IMG/VR virus record: IMGVR_UViG_3300036800_000168
Coordinates: 1-58,088 of that record
Length of the DNA: 58,088 bases
DNA from: a virus
Lineage: Duplodnaviria; Caudoviricetes
Strand: one strand, 5' to 3'
Made by a program: the position numbers and the translations under genes. Each line of letters opens with the position of its first letter. Within the stretch, counting starts at the first letter, position 1. Under the pieces are notes generated by a model. That model did no database searches. It was not told where the DNA came from and saw nothing but the letters and a program-made list of their open reading frames with translations. Positions 37,500 through 46,354 of this stretch are shown piece by piece.

Positions 37500-37715
37500 A
37501 TGGCCGCTGACGTACGCAACAGGATGCACAAGTGTCCGGGACCTGAGTGCGAGGCCAAGCTCCCGGCGGCGAAGCTGATGTGCCCGCCGCACTGGGGACA
37601 GGTGCCGAAGCCACTCCAGGCCGAGGTCTACAGCGCCTGGGACCACGGCAAGGGCCGTGGCACCCTGCGGCACCTGCGGGCTGTGCGGGCGGCCGTCGAG
37701 GCGGTGACCCCCTGA
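37500..37715 (+). CDS. Small zinc-binding phage protein
   Basis: H.CP...C......LMC..HW..VP. Confidence 0.7.
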   Translation: MAADVRNRMHKCPGPECEAKLPAAKLMCPPHWGQVPKPLQAEVYSAWDHGKGRGTLRHLRAVRAAVEAVTP

Positions 37716-38311
37716 TGGAGGCGGAAGAGGCCGAGACGAGCCCGGAGGTGCTGGCTGACATCCTCAGCCTGGTGACGAACGTGATGATCCCGGCCGGGGT
37801 GATCGCCACCTGGACGGTGCGCGAGCGCGAGCAGGCCGTGAAGTGGGCTGCGGCCGAGCACCTGAGCGCCTCCGACAACGACGACGTGAAGCGGGCGCCG
37901 CAGCCGCCGTTCGTGGCGCGGGCCGCCGAGCTGGCCGCGAGCCCGGCCCTGGCGCAGCTCGCGGTCGAGGCGTGGACGCAGTACCGGGAGCAGGGGGAGT
38001 TCTCCTCCGGCTGGGAAGACGTCTACGAGATGGCCCAGGGTGCCGTCACCGGGCTGCTGGTGCTGCTCGGCGGCAGGCAGCCCTCTGCTGCCACGGCATG
38101 GCAGCAGAAGGCGCTCAGCGCCCTCGCGCAGCATCCCGGCGGCCTGGCCTCAGCCGACCTGATGGCGCTGTCCGGCCAGCACGGGCCGTCCAGGGAGGCG
38201 CTCCACGCCTGGCTCAGGGACGGCGAGGCCAGCGGGACGCTGGAGCACTACGGCTACGCGACGTGGAAGCTGAGCGGGCCGGCGCTCTCCAGGGGAGCGG
38301 GCAGGCCATGA
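37715..38311 (+). CDS. Hypothetical protein with C-terminal winged-helix-like region
   Basis: TGATG coupling. Confidence 0.6.
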   Translation: MEAEEAETSPEVLADILSLVTNVMIPAGVIATWTVREREQAVKWAAAEHLSASDNDDVKRAPQPPFVARAAELAASPALAQLAVEAWTQYREQGEFSSGWEDVYEMAQGAVTGLLVLLGGRQPSAATAWQQKALSALAQHPGGLASADLMALSGQHGPSREALHAWLRDGEASGTLEHYGYATWKLSGPALSRGAGRP

Positions 38312-38538
38312 ACCCGGTCAGCGCGGAGAGGGACCTCGGCGACTACACGATCGGCGAGGTGCTGGCGGACATCAGGGGCTCCGATCCCGCGCTGGTGCTG
38401 ACCGGGGGCGGCAGCCTTCTCGCCTACATCGGGGCGGCGGTGCTGGAGCGGCTTGGCCTGAAGCCGGAGGGTATGGCCGAGGTCACCGCCACGATCGACA
38501 GCGTCACCGAGATCACGATCCGGTGGCTCAGGGAGTGA
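38308..38538 (+). CDS. Hypothetical protein
   Basis: ATGA overlap. Confidence 0.55.
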   Translation: MNPVSAERDLGDYTIGEVLADIRGSDPALVLTGGGSLLAYIGAAVLERLGLKPEGMAEVTATIDSVTEITIRWLRE

Positions 38539-38711
38539 GTAAGACGTGGCGGCAAGTGACACTAGGAGACGTCACCGACCTGGCCGCCTGCGGGGCTGCG
38601 ATGGCCGCTGCGGTACTCACTGTCCAGCCGGACGGCTTCAAGGGGGCCCGTGAGGCTGCCGGGGACGTCGTAAAGCGGATCAGGAAGCGCGGGAAGAAAG
38701 GCACGCCGTGA
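38535..38711 (+). CDS. Small hypothetical protein
   Basis: GTGA overlaps. Confidence 0.45.
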   Translation: MSKTWRQVTLGDVTDLAACGAAMAAAVLTVQPDGFKGAREAAGDVVKRIRKRGKKGTP

Positions 38712-39280
38712 GTGAGGTGAAGGGCCGCATGCTGCTGACCGCCGTCACCAGGACGCTCCAGCTCGCGGTGGCGCTGGCGGCGCTGGACGTGGTGGCCGGC
38801 GCGTTCCTCGGCATCGACCTGTCGTCCGTCGTGGTGCCCGTGATGCGGGCGCTGTGGGCGGTGCTGGTCACGCAGGGGACGGTGTTCCTCGCCTGGAACG
38901 CCGTCTCCGGCGCGGCGGCCGTGCGCGGGGACGCCGTGGAGCGCCGGTACCAGGAGGACACCGCTCAGCTTGAGCGGCACATGCGCGCTGAGCGGGTGCA
39001 CCCGGCGTACGTGGCGATGCGGCGGGCGGCGATGGCGGGCACGTACAGCGTGAACGGGGTGCGCCAGGAAAGCGCTCACCTCAGCGGCCCCGGCTCTCTT
39101 TCCAGCGCGGGCGGGCGCACGCTCCCGGCCGGGCTGGCTGCGCCGGGCCGTATCTCGAAGTCGGGGTGCGACTGGTGCGGGGTCCCGCTGGACGTCGCCT
39201 GGTGCGTTACCTGGACGCCCTACCTCTGCCCTCCCTGTCGTGAACAGGAAATCCTCTCGTGGACCCACGAGCAGGTTTAA
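38708..39280 (+). CDS. Membrane protein with C-terminal CxxC..CxxC
   Basis: Two TM helices; CDWC...CPPC. Confidence 0.65.
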   Translation: MSEVKGRMLLTAVTRTLQLAVALAALDVVAGAFLGIDLSSVVVPVMRALWAVLVTQGTVFLAWNAVSGAAAVRGDAVERRYQEDTAQLERHMRAERVHPAYVAMRRAAMAGTYSVNGVRQESAHLSGPGSLSSAGGRTLPAGLAAPGRISKSGCDWCGVPLDVAWCVTWTPYLCPPCREQEILSWTHEQV

Positions 39281-39330
39281 CACTTCATCCCGTCAGAAGC
39301 AGATAACAGCGAAGATCTTCCGGAGGAAAC

Positions 39331-39606
39331 ATGACTATGCAGGAAGTTGAGATCATCGAAGTGCCCGAGGGCCACGGCCTCATGAGCACGATGCGGGCCG
39401 ACGCCGGGGACGTCCGGCACATGTGGGACAAGAACAACGCGGACGAGGTAGAGGCGGCCAGGGTGCTGTTCGACAAGCTCACCGGGGGCGGCGGCCACAT
39501 CGCCTACCGGGCCGTCGGCAAGCGCGGCTCGCAGGGCGAGGTCATCCGCGCATTCGACCCGGAAGCTGAGCGGATCATCCTCGTCAAGCAGCTCGGCGGC
39601 GGCTGA
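39331..39606 (+). CDS. Small protein ending in ...IILVKQLGGG
   Basis: GGAGGA RBS; C-terminal glycines. Confidence 0.75.
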   Translation: MTMQEVEIIEVPEGHGLMSTMRADAGDVRHMWDKNNADEVEAARVLFDKLTGGGGHIAYRAVGKRGSQGEVIRAFDPEAERIILVKQLGGG

Positions 39607-39608
39607 GC

Positions 39609-40403
39609 GTGCCAGCGCGCTGGCTAGCCACGGACGACCTTGAGCGCCTGGCAGGCGAGCAGGAGGCGAAGCGCGAGGCATTCGAAGCCGGGGCATCCTG
39701 GTGGACCGCCTGGAACAGCGGTTACAGCATGAACCTCAGCACCACGACATCGAGCACCATGGGCATCGAGCCGACATGGGGCGCGTGGAACGTCACCTTC
39801 ACGAGCACCACCGGCAGCACGGTGCTCTACGACGCTAGCTCGAACAACGCGATGATCCCGGGTACCACTCCCCAGTGGACGTACTGGAACACGGACTACC
39901 AGGAGACCGAGGACCAGCGCGCCGAGCGGGAGCGCCTCCAGGCGGAGCGCGAGGCGGACTGGCGCCGCCGTCACGAGGAGCAGCAGCGGGAGCGCGACAC
40001 CGCGCGGGCACGGGCCGAGGAGCTGCTGCGGTCACTGCTCAGCGACGACCAGTGGGCCAGCTACCAGGAGAACGGCTGGTTCGAAGTCAGGGGATCGTCC
40101 GGGCGCAGGTGGCGGATCAGGAACCGTGGCCAGTCCGGCAACGTGGACCTCATGCCCGAGATCGGCGAGGAGCGCGAAGCCACCTACTGCGCCCACCCGC
40201 CGGGCGGCCTGCCCGACGCGGACGCGCACGCCGCGCAGATGCTCGCGCTGGTCACCGACGAGGAGGCGTTCACGCGCGTCGCGAACGTCCACTACCGGAA
40301 CCCTGCGAGAGAGGCGGAGCGGGCCGAGAGGCTTCGCGCTACCCAGCACGAGCGCGTCCACGTGGGCCGCGAGCCCTGGGGCGAAGTGCGGCCGGCCGCC
40401 TGA
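39609..40403 (+). CDS. Hypothetical protein (S/T/W-rich N-terminus, coiled coil, C-terminal YCAHP domain)
   Basis: Starts 2 nt after the previous gene. Confidence 0.7.
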   Translation: MPARWLATDDLERLAGEQEAKREAFEAGASWWTAWNSGYSMNLSTTTSSTMGIEPTWGAWNVTFTSTTGSTVLYDASSNNAMIPGTTPQWTYWNTDYQETEDQRAERERLQAEREADWRRRHEEQQRERDTARARAEELLRSLLSDDQWASYQENGWFEVRGSSGRRWRIRNRGQSGNVDLMPEIGEEREATYCAHPPGGLPDADAHAAQMLALVTDEEAFTRVANVHYRNPAREAERAERLRATQHERVHVGREPWGEVRPAA

Positions 40404-40422
40404 GGTGCCCGGGGGAAATCCT

Positions 40423-40451
40423 TCCGCAAATACAGCATTTATTGATAAGCT
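40423..40451 (+). promoter_or_regulatory. Promoter with box (leaderless gene follows)
   Basis: aatacagcatttattga-TAAGCT; ATG 7 nt later. Confidence 0.7.
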
Positions 40452-40458
40452 CACGGTC

Positions 40459-40770
40459 ATGGGCACCACTGAGAACTCCGTTGCCGCCAGGGCGACCGTA
40501 TGGCGCAAGAAGCCAGTCTCCGTCCGGATGATCCGCTGGACCGGGAACAACCTGGAGGCAGTCCAGGCGTTCACCAGCCACTTCCGCCTCCCCTACGCCG
40601 AGGAGCTGGCAGAGGACCCGGCGATGACAGCGGCCGTCTACGACGTGCTGCACCGCACCTGGGTGCACGTCTACGCCGGCCACTGGGTCGTCCAGGGCGT
40701 CCAGGGCGAGAACTACCCCATCGACGACGACGTCCTGCACGCCACCTACGACTGCCTCGGCTTCGAGTAG
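40459..40770 (+). CDS. Phage protein, PGDYG-like pattern
   Basis: RKKPV...W.G.N...G.WVV.G..GE.YP......TY. Confidence 0.7.
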   Translation: MGTTENSVAARATVWRKKPVSVRMIRWTGNNLEAVQAFTSHFRLPYAEELAEDPAMTAAVYDVLHRTWVHVYAGHWVVQGVQGENYPIDDDVLHATYDCLGFE

Positions 40771-40875
40771 CCCCCGCGCGCGTTAGACGCCCGGCGCGAC
40801 TGATCCCGGAAGGACAAACGGCGATGCACGGGACATTCCCTAGCAATCGCCCCGGCAAGGAGAGAGGCGGAGGGC

Positions 40876-41085
40876 ATGGACTACAGGCACGCGGACAACC
40901 CGGTGCCGTTCTCGTCTTACCCGGACGAGGCGCACCGGGCGGCGCTCCACAGCCACGTGCACATCGGCCTCACGGGCGAACACGCCCACGTTCATACCCA
41001 CGGCGACATGGAGCACGGCGGAATCGAGCACTCCCATATGCACGTGCACGCGGGTACCGAGGGCAATGAGGAGGAAGAACAGTGA
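40876..41085 (+). CDS. His-rich small protein (HxH repeats)
   Basis: GGAGG RBS; HSHVH, HAHVHTH, HSHMHVH. Confidence 0.6.
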   Translation: MDYRHADNPVPFSSYPDEAHRAALHSHVHIGLTGEHAHVHTHGDMEHGGIEHSHMHVHAGTEGNEEEEQ

Positions 41086-41573
41086 TCAAGCGGATTCCCA
41101 GGCGCAAGCAGGTGCGGGACCTGCGCGAGGGTGACCGGGTGCGCCTGTACGGCACCATCGTGGACATCATCGGCACCCCGGGCCCGGGAGCTTCTCCTCA
41201 CGGCACCGTCAGGCCGGCCCTGATCCCCGGGTGGGTGTACGTGCCAATGGTGTGGGACGGCATCAGGTGCGCGCCGCCTGAGCAGGGCGAGTACTACGCG
41301 GAGATGGCGTTCCCCGGTGAGGAGGCCCCCGAGGTCACCCCGGAGGACAGGGTCACCGAGCCGATCTACGCGCCCACCCTGGAAATGGACGTCCTCGCAG
41401 GATGGCGGAACAGCCTCGCCCAGGCGAGCGACTGGAAGTGCGCCCGGTGCGGGCAGTCCATCGAGGGACTCAGCACCGGGCACTACTTCGGCGCATGCCT
41501 GCTCACCGGGCAGGAGGGGGAGTTCCACTACTGCTGCCCCGGTAGCTGCGAGCTGCACGAGAGGAGAGCCTGA
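41082..41573 (+). CDS. Hypothetical protein with C-terminal Cys/His module
   Basis: WKCARC...GHY...C...FHYCCPG.CEL. Confidence 0.7.
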   Translation: MIKRIPRRKQVRDLREGDRVRLYGTIVDIIGTPGPGASPHGTVRPALIPGWVYVPMVWDGIRCAPPEQGEYYAEMAFPGEEAPEVTPEDRVTEPIYAPTLEMDVLAGWRNSLAQASDWKCARCGQSIEGLSTGHYFGACLLTGQEGEFHYCCPGSCELHERRA

Positions 41574-42043
41574 TGGGACGGAACTGGAGCCTGTTCAGCG
41601 GCATCGACATCGGCGCTGACGGCGACCCCTACATCGACCGGCTGCGCCTCCTGGAGACCCCCTGGCTGTCGGTGTACCTGCACCACATCCACCGGGAGGA
41701 CCAGGAGGCGGACCCGCACGATCACCCGTGGGCGTTCGCCTCGCTGGTGCTGTGCGGCTCTTACCGGGAGGTCGTGTGGCCTGACAAGGCTGACGACGGC
41801 TACCGCTACTCCAGGGCGCGCAGCCGCTGGACGGCGCGCAGGACCCCGAGGCGCGCCGCCCACATGATCACCGGGGTGACGGGACCCCTGTGGACCCTGG
41901 TGGTCACCGGCCGGGACCACGGCGAGTGGGGCTTCTACCGGCGGGGTGAGTACTCCCCCTGGCGCGAGTACCTCGGGGAGTCCTACGCCAGCGAGTTCGA
42001 GCAGCGCAAGGCAGCGGGGAGATCGCAGGCCGGTGGCGAGTGA
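41573..42043 (+). CDS. Cupin-fold protein
   Basis: LH.I...D....PHDHPW.F.S..L.G.Y.E...H. Confidence 0.7.
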   Translation: MGRNWSLFSGIDIGADGDPYIDRLRLLETPWLSVYLHHIHREDQEADPHDHPWAFASLVLCGSYREVVWPDKADDGYRYSRARSRWTARRTPRRAAHMITGVTGPLWTLVVTGRDHGEWGFYRRGEYSPWREYLGESYASEFEQRKAAGRSQAGGE

Positions 42044-42263
42044 CGCAGAGCGCCCCACGGAGCCGCTCAGGAGGGCCACCAGGCCCCTGGAGCAGGTTCC
42101 CGGGGGTAATGACCCCGGCTGGGAGTGCGGGCGCTGCAAAGGGCCCGTGGAAGAGTTCAGCCAGGGCCACTACATGAGCCTGTGCCGCCTCACGATGACG
42201 GATCGGGGATTTCACTTCTGCTGCCCGGGCCACGTGCTCGGCTGCGAGCTGCAAGCCCCCTGA
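42033..42263 (+). CDS. Small Cys/His module protein (paralog of 41082 C-terminus)
   Basis: WECGRC...GHY...C...FHFCCPG...CEL. Confidence 0.65.
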   Translation: MASDAERPTEPLRRATRPLEQVPGGNDPGWECGRCKGPVEEFSQGHYMSLCRLTMTDRGFHFCCPGHVLGCELQAP

Positions 42264-42344
42264 CGGGTGCCGGGTAAGGGCACGCGCCAGGACATCAGTA
42301 AACAACAAGGAACACAGCGGAACAGGAAGAAGGATTCAGCCACA

Positions 42345-43265
42345 ATGTTCAGCCAGTGGGAAGATATCACGCCCGCCACCGCCCGCGAGGCACTGAAGAC
42401 GGCCAGGTGCGGCAGGAACCCGTCCCCGACGGTCGTCCAGCGCTACTCGCGCGACATGCAGGCCGGACGGTGGGTGAAGAGCCCCGAGCCCGTCATCTAC
42501 GACGGGGAGGACACCGGCATCCCCGTGCTGCGCGACGGGCAGCAGCGCTCCCTCGCGATCATCGACGCGGCCATGAGGCTCACCGAGGCAGGGAAGATCA
42601 CCCACCCCGACGACTTCAGCCTGATGTTGTGGGTGACGAGGGGAACCACGGAGGAGATCGACGCGGCGTTCCCCTACATCAACATCGGCAAGCCCAGGAC
42701 CGGCAACGACTACCTGGCCATGAGCGGGCGCAAGGACCCCACCCTGCTCTACACCGTCGGCCGCCGGATCGTGCTGTGGCAGGCGGAGCGCATCACCGGC
42801 AACAGCTACAAGCCCACCCGCGCCGAGGTCCTCGCCGTCCTGGAGCCGCAGGAGGGCGAGGACCCGCAGGCGGAGGCGGAGCGCGTCGCCTACGTCGAGG
42901 CGGCCACCGGGTTCGCCGCCAACTGGAAGATCAAGCCCCCCGTCGTGCCCGCCGGGGTGGCGGGCTTCCTGTGGTGGCTCCTCGGCCAGAAGAGCCCGGA
43001 GCAGCGCGACGTGTTCCTGGAGTACCTGCGCAGCGGCAGCGGCCTGACCGACGAGGTACCCGGCCGCCAGCACCCGCTTCCGCTGCTCCGCTCCCGGCTC
43101 GCCCGGGACCAGTACGAGGCCCAGCGGCACGGCACCAGGGTCAAGCAGGAGACGGTGCTGTTCCTGTGCCTGCGCGCCTGGAACGCCTGGCGCAAGGGCG
43201 AGGACCCCTCCAAGCTCCAGATGCCCAAGAGGCTCGGCGACAGCAGCTTCAAGGCGCCCCGCTAG
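42345..43265 (+). CDS. ParB/Srx-like N-terminal domain protein
   Basis: ITP..A...L...R..S...V.RY..DM..GRW....EP...DGQQR..A. Confidence 0.75.
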   Translation: MFSQWEDITPATAREALKTARCGRNPSPTVVQRYSRDMQAGRWVKSPEPVIYDGEDTGIPVLRDGQQRSLAIIDAAMRLTEAGKITHPDDFSLMLWVTRGTTEEIDAAFPYINIGKPRTGNDYLAMSGRKDPTLLYTVGRRIVLWQAERITGNSYKPTRAEVLAVLEPQEGEDPQAEAERVAYVEAATGFAANWKIKPPVVPAGVAGFLWWLLGQKSPEQRDVFLEYLRSGSGLTDEVPGRQHPLPLLRSRLARDQYEAQRHGTRVKQETVLFLCLRAWNAWRKGEDPSKLQMPKRLGDSSFKAPR

Positions 43266-43272
43266 CGTTATG

Positions 43273-43308
43273 AGCGCGCGCCCCTTTCAAGAGGGGGAGG
43301 GGCGCGCT
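43273..43308 (+). terminator. Stem-loop after the ParB-like gene
   Basis: agcgcg..cccct / agggg.cgcgct imperfect inverted repeat; no U-tract. Confidence 0.4.
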
Positions 43309-43388
43309 GCGGGGCCTCGCGGACGCCATTCCGGGGCCCCGCTCCACTTTCGGGGCAAGCAGGGAACAGAGAGGGCCGTCACATGAAG

Positions 43389-43423
43389 GCGAGGAATGGC
43401 GCGCGCCACTGGCGCGCCGGCGC
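43389..43423. repeat. 35-bp sequence, exact inverted copy of 10136-10170
   Basis: Direct comparison. Confidence 0.9.
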
Positions 43424-43459
43424 ACCGCGCCAGGCGGCGCGGTGCAGGGGGCGGCGCAG

Positions 43460-43816
43460 GTGAGCCGCGCCGGCCCACGGGCGGCGCAGTGGCGCAAGCA
43501 GGCCGTGCCGATCTGGCGCGCGCCAGGCGCGGTGGCGTGCCGGGGCGAGGACACGGGCCTGTTCTACAAGGCCGAGCAGGAGCGCCCCGAGGCGCGCCAG
43601 GCACGCGCCGAGAAGGCGAAGGGGCTGTGCGCCGGGTGCTGCGCCAGGACTGAGTGCCTGGAGGCGGCGATGGCCGAGGAGCAGCCGGGCGGCGGCCGGT
43701 ACGGCATCAGGGGCGGCCTCACTGAGGAGGAGCGCAAGGACCTCCAGGTGAGCCGCACCCTGAGGGCGAGGAACGAGCGCAAGCGGACGGAAAAGGCAGC
43801 GGAGGAGGCTGCCTAA
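43460..43816 (+). CDS. whiB: WhiB-family transcription factor
   Basis: C-xn-AK.LC..C.....CL..A......GIRGGLTEEER. Confidence 0.9.
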   Translation: MSRAGPRAAQWRKQAVPIWRAPGAVACRGEDTGLFYKAEQERPEARQARAEKAKGLCAGCCARTECLEAAMAEEQPGGGRYGIRGGLTEEERKDLQVSRTLRARNERKRTEKAAEEAA

Positions 43817-43821
43817 ACACT

Positions 43822-43850
43822 TCCCCGAATACAAGGTTTATTGATAACGT
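43822..43850 (+). promoter_or_regulatory. Promoter with box; 13-bp stem (43849-43884) over the transcription start
   Basis: aatacaaggtttattga-TAACGT. Confidence 0.7.
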
Positions 43851-43897
43851 CTGAAGGGCGGTCCACACGGGCCGCCCTTCAGACATGAGGAGAGCCG

Positions 43898-44776
43898 ATG
43901 CCCGAGCAGCCGGATACTGACTACATCACCCGCGAGGCACCCCGGCCAGGCGCGATCCCCGTGCACGTCAAGGGAGACCTCCTCGACCTCACGATAATCC
44001 CCAGCCCTCGCCTCGCGACGGCCGCCGTGCACCTCTCCGGTCCAGGCGCGGACGAGGCAAGAGCGCACTGGGAGAAGGACGGCTGGCACATCGACTGGCC
44101 GGAGATCCCGCCCGCCGTCATCTCGGGCAGGGGCGTCACCGTCGTCCAGGGCGGCCGGGGCGGCGTGACAGTGGCCGGCGGCGATGTCTACGTCAGCGGC
44201 CGTGGCCGGAGCGTCCACGTCCGGGGCGGGAGCGGCGTGACCATCGGGAACGGCAACGTGCAGTTCAGCAGCTTCGGCTCGGGGGGCAGCTTCAGCGTCG
44301 TCAACGTCGGCGGGGGCGTGGTGATCGGGGACGGCGAGGCCGGGGAGATGCCCACGGCGGTCCTTTACGTGCCCGCAGACTCCCAGGTTCACGCCCTCGT
44401 CGAGGACGGCGAGATCACCGCATCCGGGGCGGCCGGAGCCGGCCTGACGCTGCTCGCCTACCAGGGGCACAACGCCAACGTCACCGCCCACTGCCCGCTA
44501 GGGCACCTCGCCTCCCAGTCGCACAACGGCAACCTGTACGCCGACGGGCCGACCGGGAGCGTCCAGGTCTCCACCCACAACGGCCACACGACGATCGCCC
44601 AGGCCCTGGGGCAGACCACCGTCCAGTCGCACAACGGCGGCGTCGAGGTCCACGCGATGGACTCGGTAATGATCCAGGCGGTCACCCACAACGGCAGCGT
44701 GGACGTCACCGCCGAGCCGGGGGCGACTCCCATGGTGCAGGCCAGCTCCTACAACGGAAGGGTCCGCAAGCCGTGA
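43898..44776 (+). CDS. DUF4097-like beta-solenoid repeat protein
   Basis: Repeated [ST]HNG.V units; GAGGAG RBS. Confidence 0.75.
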   Translation: MPEQPDTDYITREAPRPGAIPVHVKGDLLDLTIIPSPRLATAAVHLSGPGADEARAHWEKDGWHIDWPEIPPAVISGRGVTVVQGGRGGVTVAGGDVYVSGRGRSVHVRGGSGVTIGNGNVQFSSFGSGGSFSVVNVGGGVVIGDGEAGEMPTAVLYVPADSQVHALVEDGEITASGAAGAGLTLLAYQGHNANVTAHCPLGHLASQSHNGNLYADGPTGSVQVSTHNGHTTIAQALGQTTVQSHNGGVEVHAMDSVMIQAVTHNGSVDVTAEPGATPMVQASSYNGRVRKP

Positions 44777-45318
44777 GCGCCGCCAGGACGGTGAAGCAGT
44801 GTGACAACGCCAGCGTCGGCGTGCTGATCGAGCAGAAGGGCCGCTGGCTGCTCACCTGGCGGGCCAACTTCCCCGTGGGCGTCGCCCCGGTGGCCGGGCA
44901 CGTCTTCGACGACCACAAGGACTACCAGGACGCGGCCCGCGCCGAGGTGACCGAGGAGACGGGCCTGGCCGTCGAGGAGCTGCACCCCACCGGGGTCGGC
45001 GGCTGGCGGCCCAACAGGTGCCGCCGCGAGCCCGGCGCGAAGGGCACCGGGCACCTGTGGGAGGTCTTCACCGCCACGGTGAGCGGCGACCTGAAGCCGT
45101 CGGAGCGCGAGGTCACGAGGGCGCGCTGGCTGCGCAGGCCGGAGATCCAGCTCCTGGCCAACCGAACCATGCTGTACGCCCAGGCCAGGATCGGCGAGAG
45201 CGACTTCGGCGAGTACCCGGGAATCGAGCCCGTGTGGGTCAGCTTCCTGGCGGCCCTGGACGTCATCAGCGTGAGGGTCGCGGACCTGGAGCTGATCGAG
45301 CGGCTCGCAGGTTCCTGA
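44773..45318 (+). CDS. NUDIX hydrolase
   Basis: AGH...DAARAEVTEETGL Nudix box. Confidence 0.85.
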   Translation: MSAARTVKQCDNASVGVLIEQKGRWLLTWRANFPVGVAPVAGHVFDDHKDYQDAARAEVTEETGLAVEELHPTGVGGWRPNRCRREPGAKGTGHLWEVFTATVSGDLKPSEREVTRARWLRRPEIQLLANRTMLYAQARIGESDFGEYPGIEPVWVSFLAALDVISVRVADLELIERLAGS

Positions 45319-45324
45319 ATGCCG

Positions 45325-45353
45325 TTGCCAGTTATCAAGAAAACCTGTAATGT
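45325..45353 (+). promoter_or_regulatory. Promoter with inverted box
   Basis: TTGCCA-gttatcaagaaaacctg-TAATGT. Confidence 0.8.
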
Positions 45354-45391
45354 CAGTTCTGCAAGGGACGAGCGCTACAGGAGGACCTGAG

Positions 45392-45673
45392 ATGGCTTAC
45401 CAGATGGTACGAGACGGAGACTACGAGGGCACCGACCTGCCCGTGTTCAAGGTCTTCGACGCGGACGAGTACAACGACACCAGCGTGAAGCACCCGCGCC
45501 CCATCGGCGAGGTCTGGGGCACCGGGGTACGCGGCGTAACCGGGCGGTTCGTCCCCACGGGCGTCCGGTGGGAGATTGCCGGCCGCATGACCCTTGATGA
45601 CTCCAACCTACTGCCGGCCGGCGCCTACGCAGACGCGGCACGGGCCATGATCGCAGCGCACGAGGGAATCTGA
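45392..45673 (+). CDS. Hypothetical protein
   Basis: AGGAGGA RBS. Confidence 0.65.
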   Translation: MAYQMVRDGDYEGTDLPVFKVFDADEYNDTSVKHPRPIGEVWGTGVRGVTGRFVPTGVRWEIAGRMTLDDSNLLPAGAYADAARAMIAAHEGI

Positions 45674-45981
45674 TGATCTACAGGCTGATCGCCGTCACGG
45701 CCGACGGGACCGGCTACGACCACTCGTGGGGCGACTCCTACGAGGTGGAGGCCGCCAGCTACCTCGCGGCCGAGGCGGACGTCCTCGGCCGCGAGGGAAC
45801 TGAGGGCACCCAGCCCTACACCCGGATCGTGAAGGGCTGGGTGAAGGAGGGCTGGCGCTGGACCCAGCTCCCTGCCTGCGAGTGCTGCGGGAACGCCATC
45901 GCCATGACCCAGTGGGCGGGCACCGGCCAGATGATCTGCTGGACGTGCTGCGAGGTCAAGCAGGCGGGGAGCCCCGGGTGA
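45673..45981 (+). CDS. Hypothetical protein with C-terminal Cys cluster
   Basis: TGATG coupling. Confidence 0.6.
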   Translation: MIYRLIAVTADGTGYDHSWGDSYEVEAASYLAAEADVLGREGTEGTQPYTRIVKGWVKEGWRWTQLPACECCGNAIAMTQWAGTGQMICWTCCEVKQAGSPG

Positions 45982-46271
45982 GTACTAGCCTGATCAGCCC
46001 CGAGATCATGAAGGCCCACCGTGCCGCCTGGTACGTGTGGGCCGGGGGCGTGAAGATCCGCCACCAGGCGACGATGCGCGGGTTCTGGGGTTACGACGTC
46101 ACCTGCTCATGCGGCGAGTTCGACAGCCGCACGGGCGGGGCAACGCGCAGCTACGTCTCGAACGAGCTGTGGTTCCACAGATACCAGGCGCAGGAAGCCG
46201 CTGCTCCGTCACCATTCCCTGGTGACGAAGAAGAGTCCGCCGCGCTGCCCGCTGTGCCAGAAGTCCTTTAA
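45978..46271 (+). CDS. Hypothetical protein
   Basis: GTGA overlap; GYDVTCSCG...TGG...H. Confidence 0.6.
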   Translation: MSTSLISPEIMKAHRAAWYVWAGGVKIRHQATMRGFWGYDVTCSCGEFDSRTGGATRSYVSNELWFHRYQAQEAAAPSPFPGDEEESAALPAVPEVL

Positions 46272-46354
46272 AGGGTGGATTAGCACCACTTTGCACTTTT
46301 ACCTCATTCACTACTACGAGTACCAGGTCAGCGGAAAGGAGGGACTGAGGGAAG

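Noticed and set aside
46262-46350. AT-rich intergenic stretch as tRNA or ncRNA
   Set aside because: No cloverleaf or T-loop signature; probably an unboxed promoter region, not enough to call
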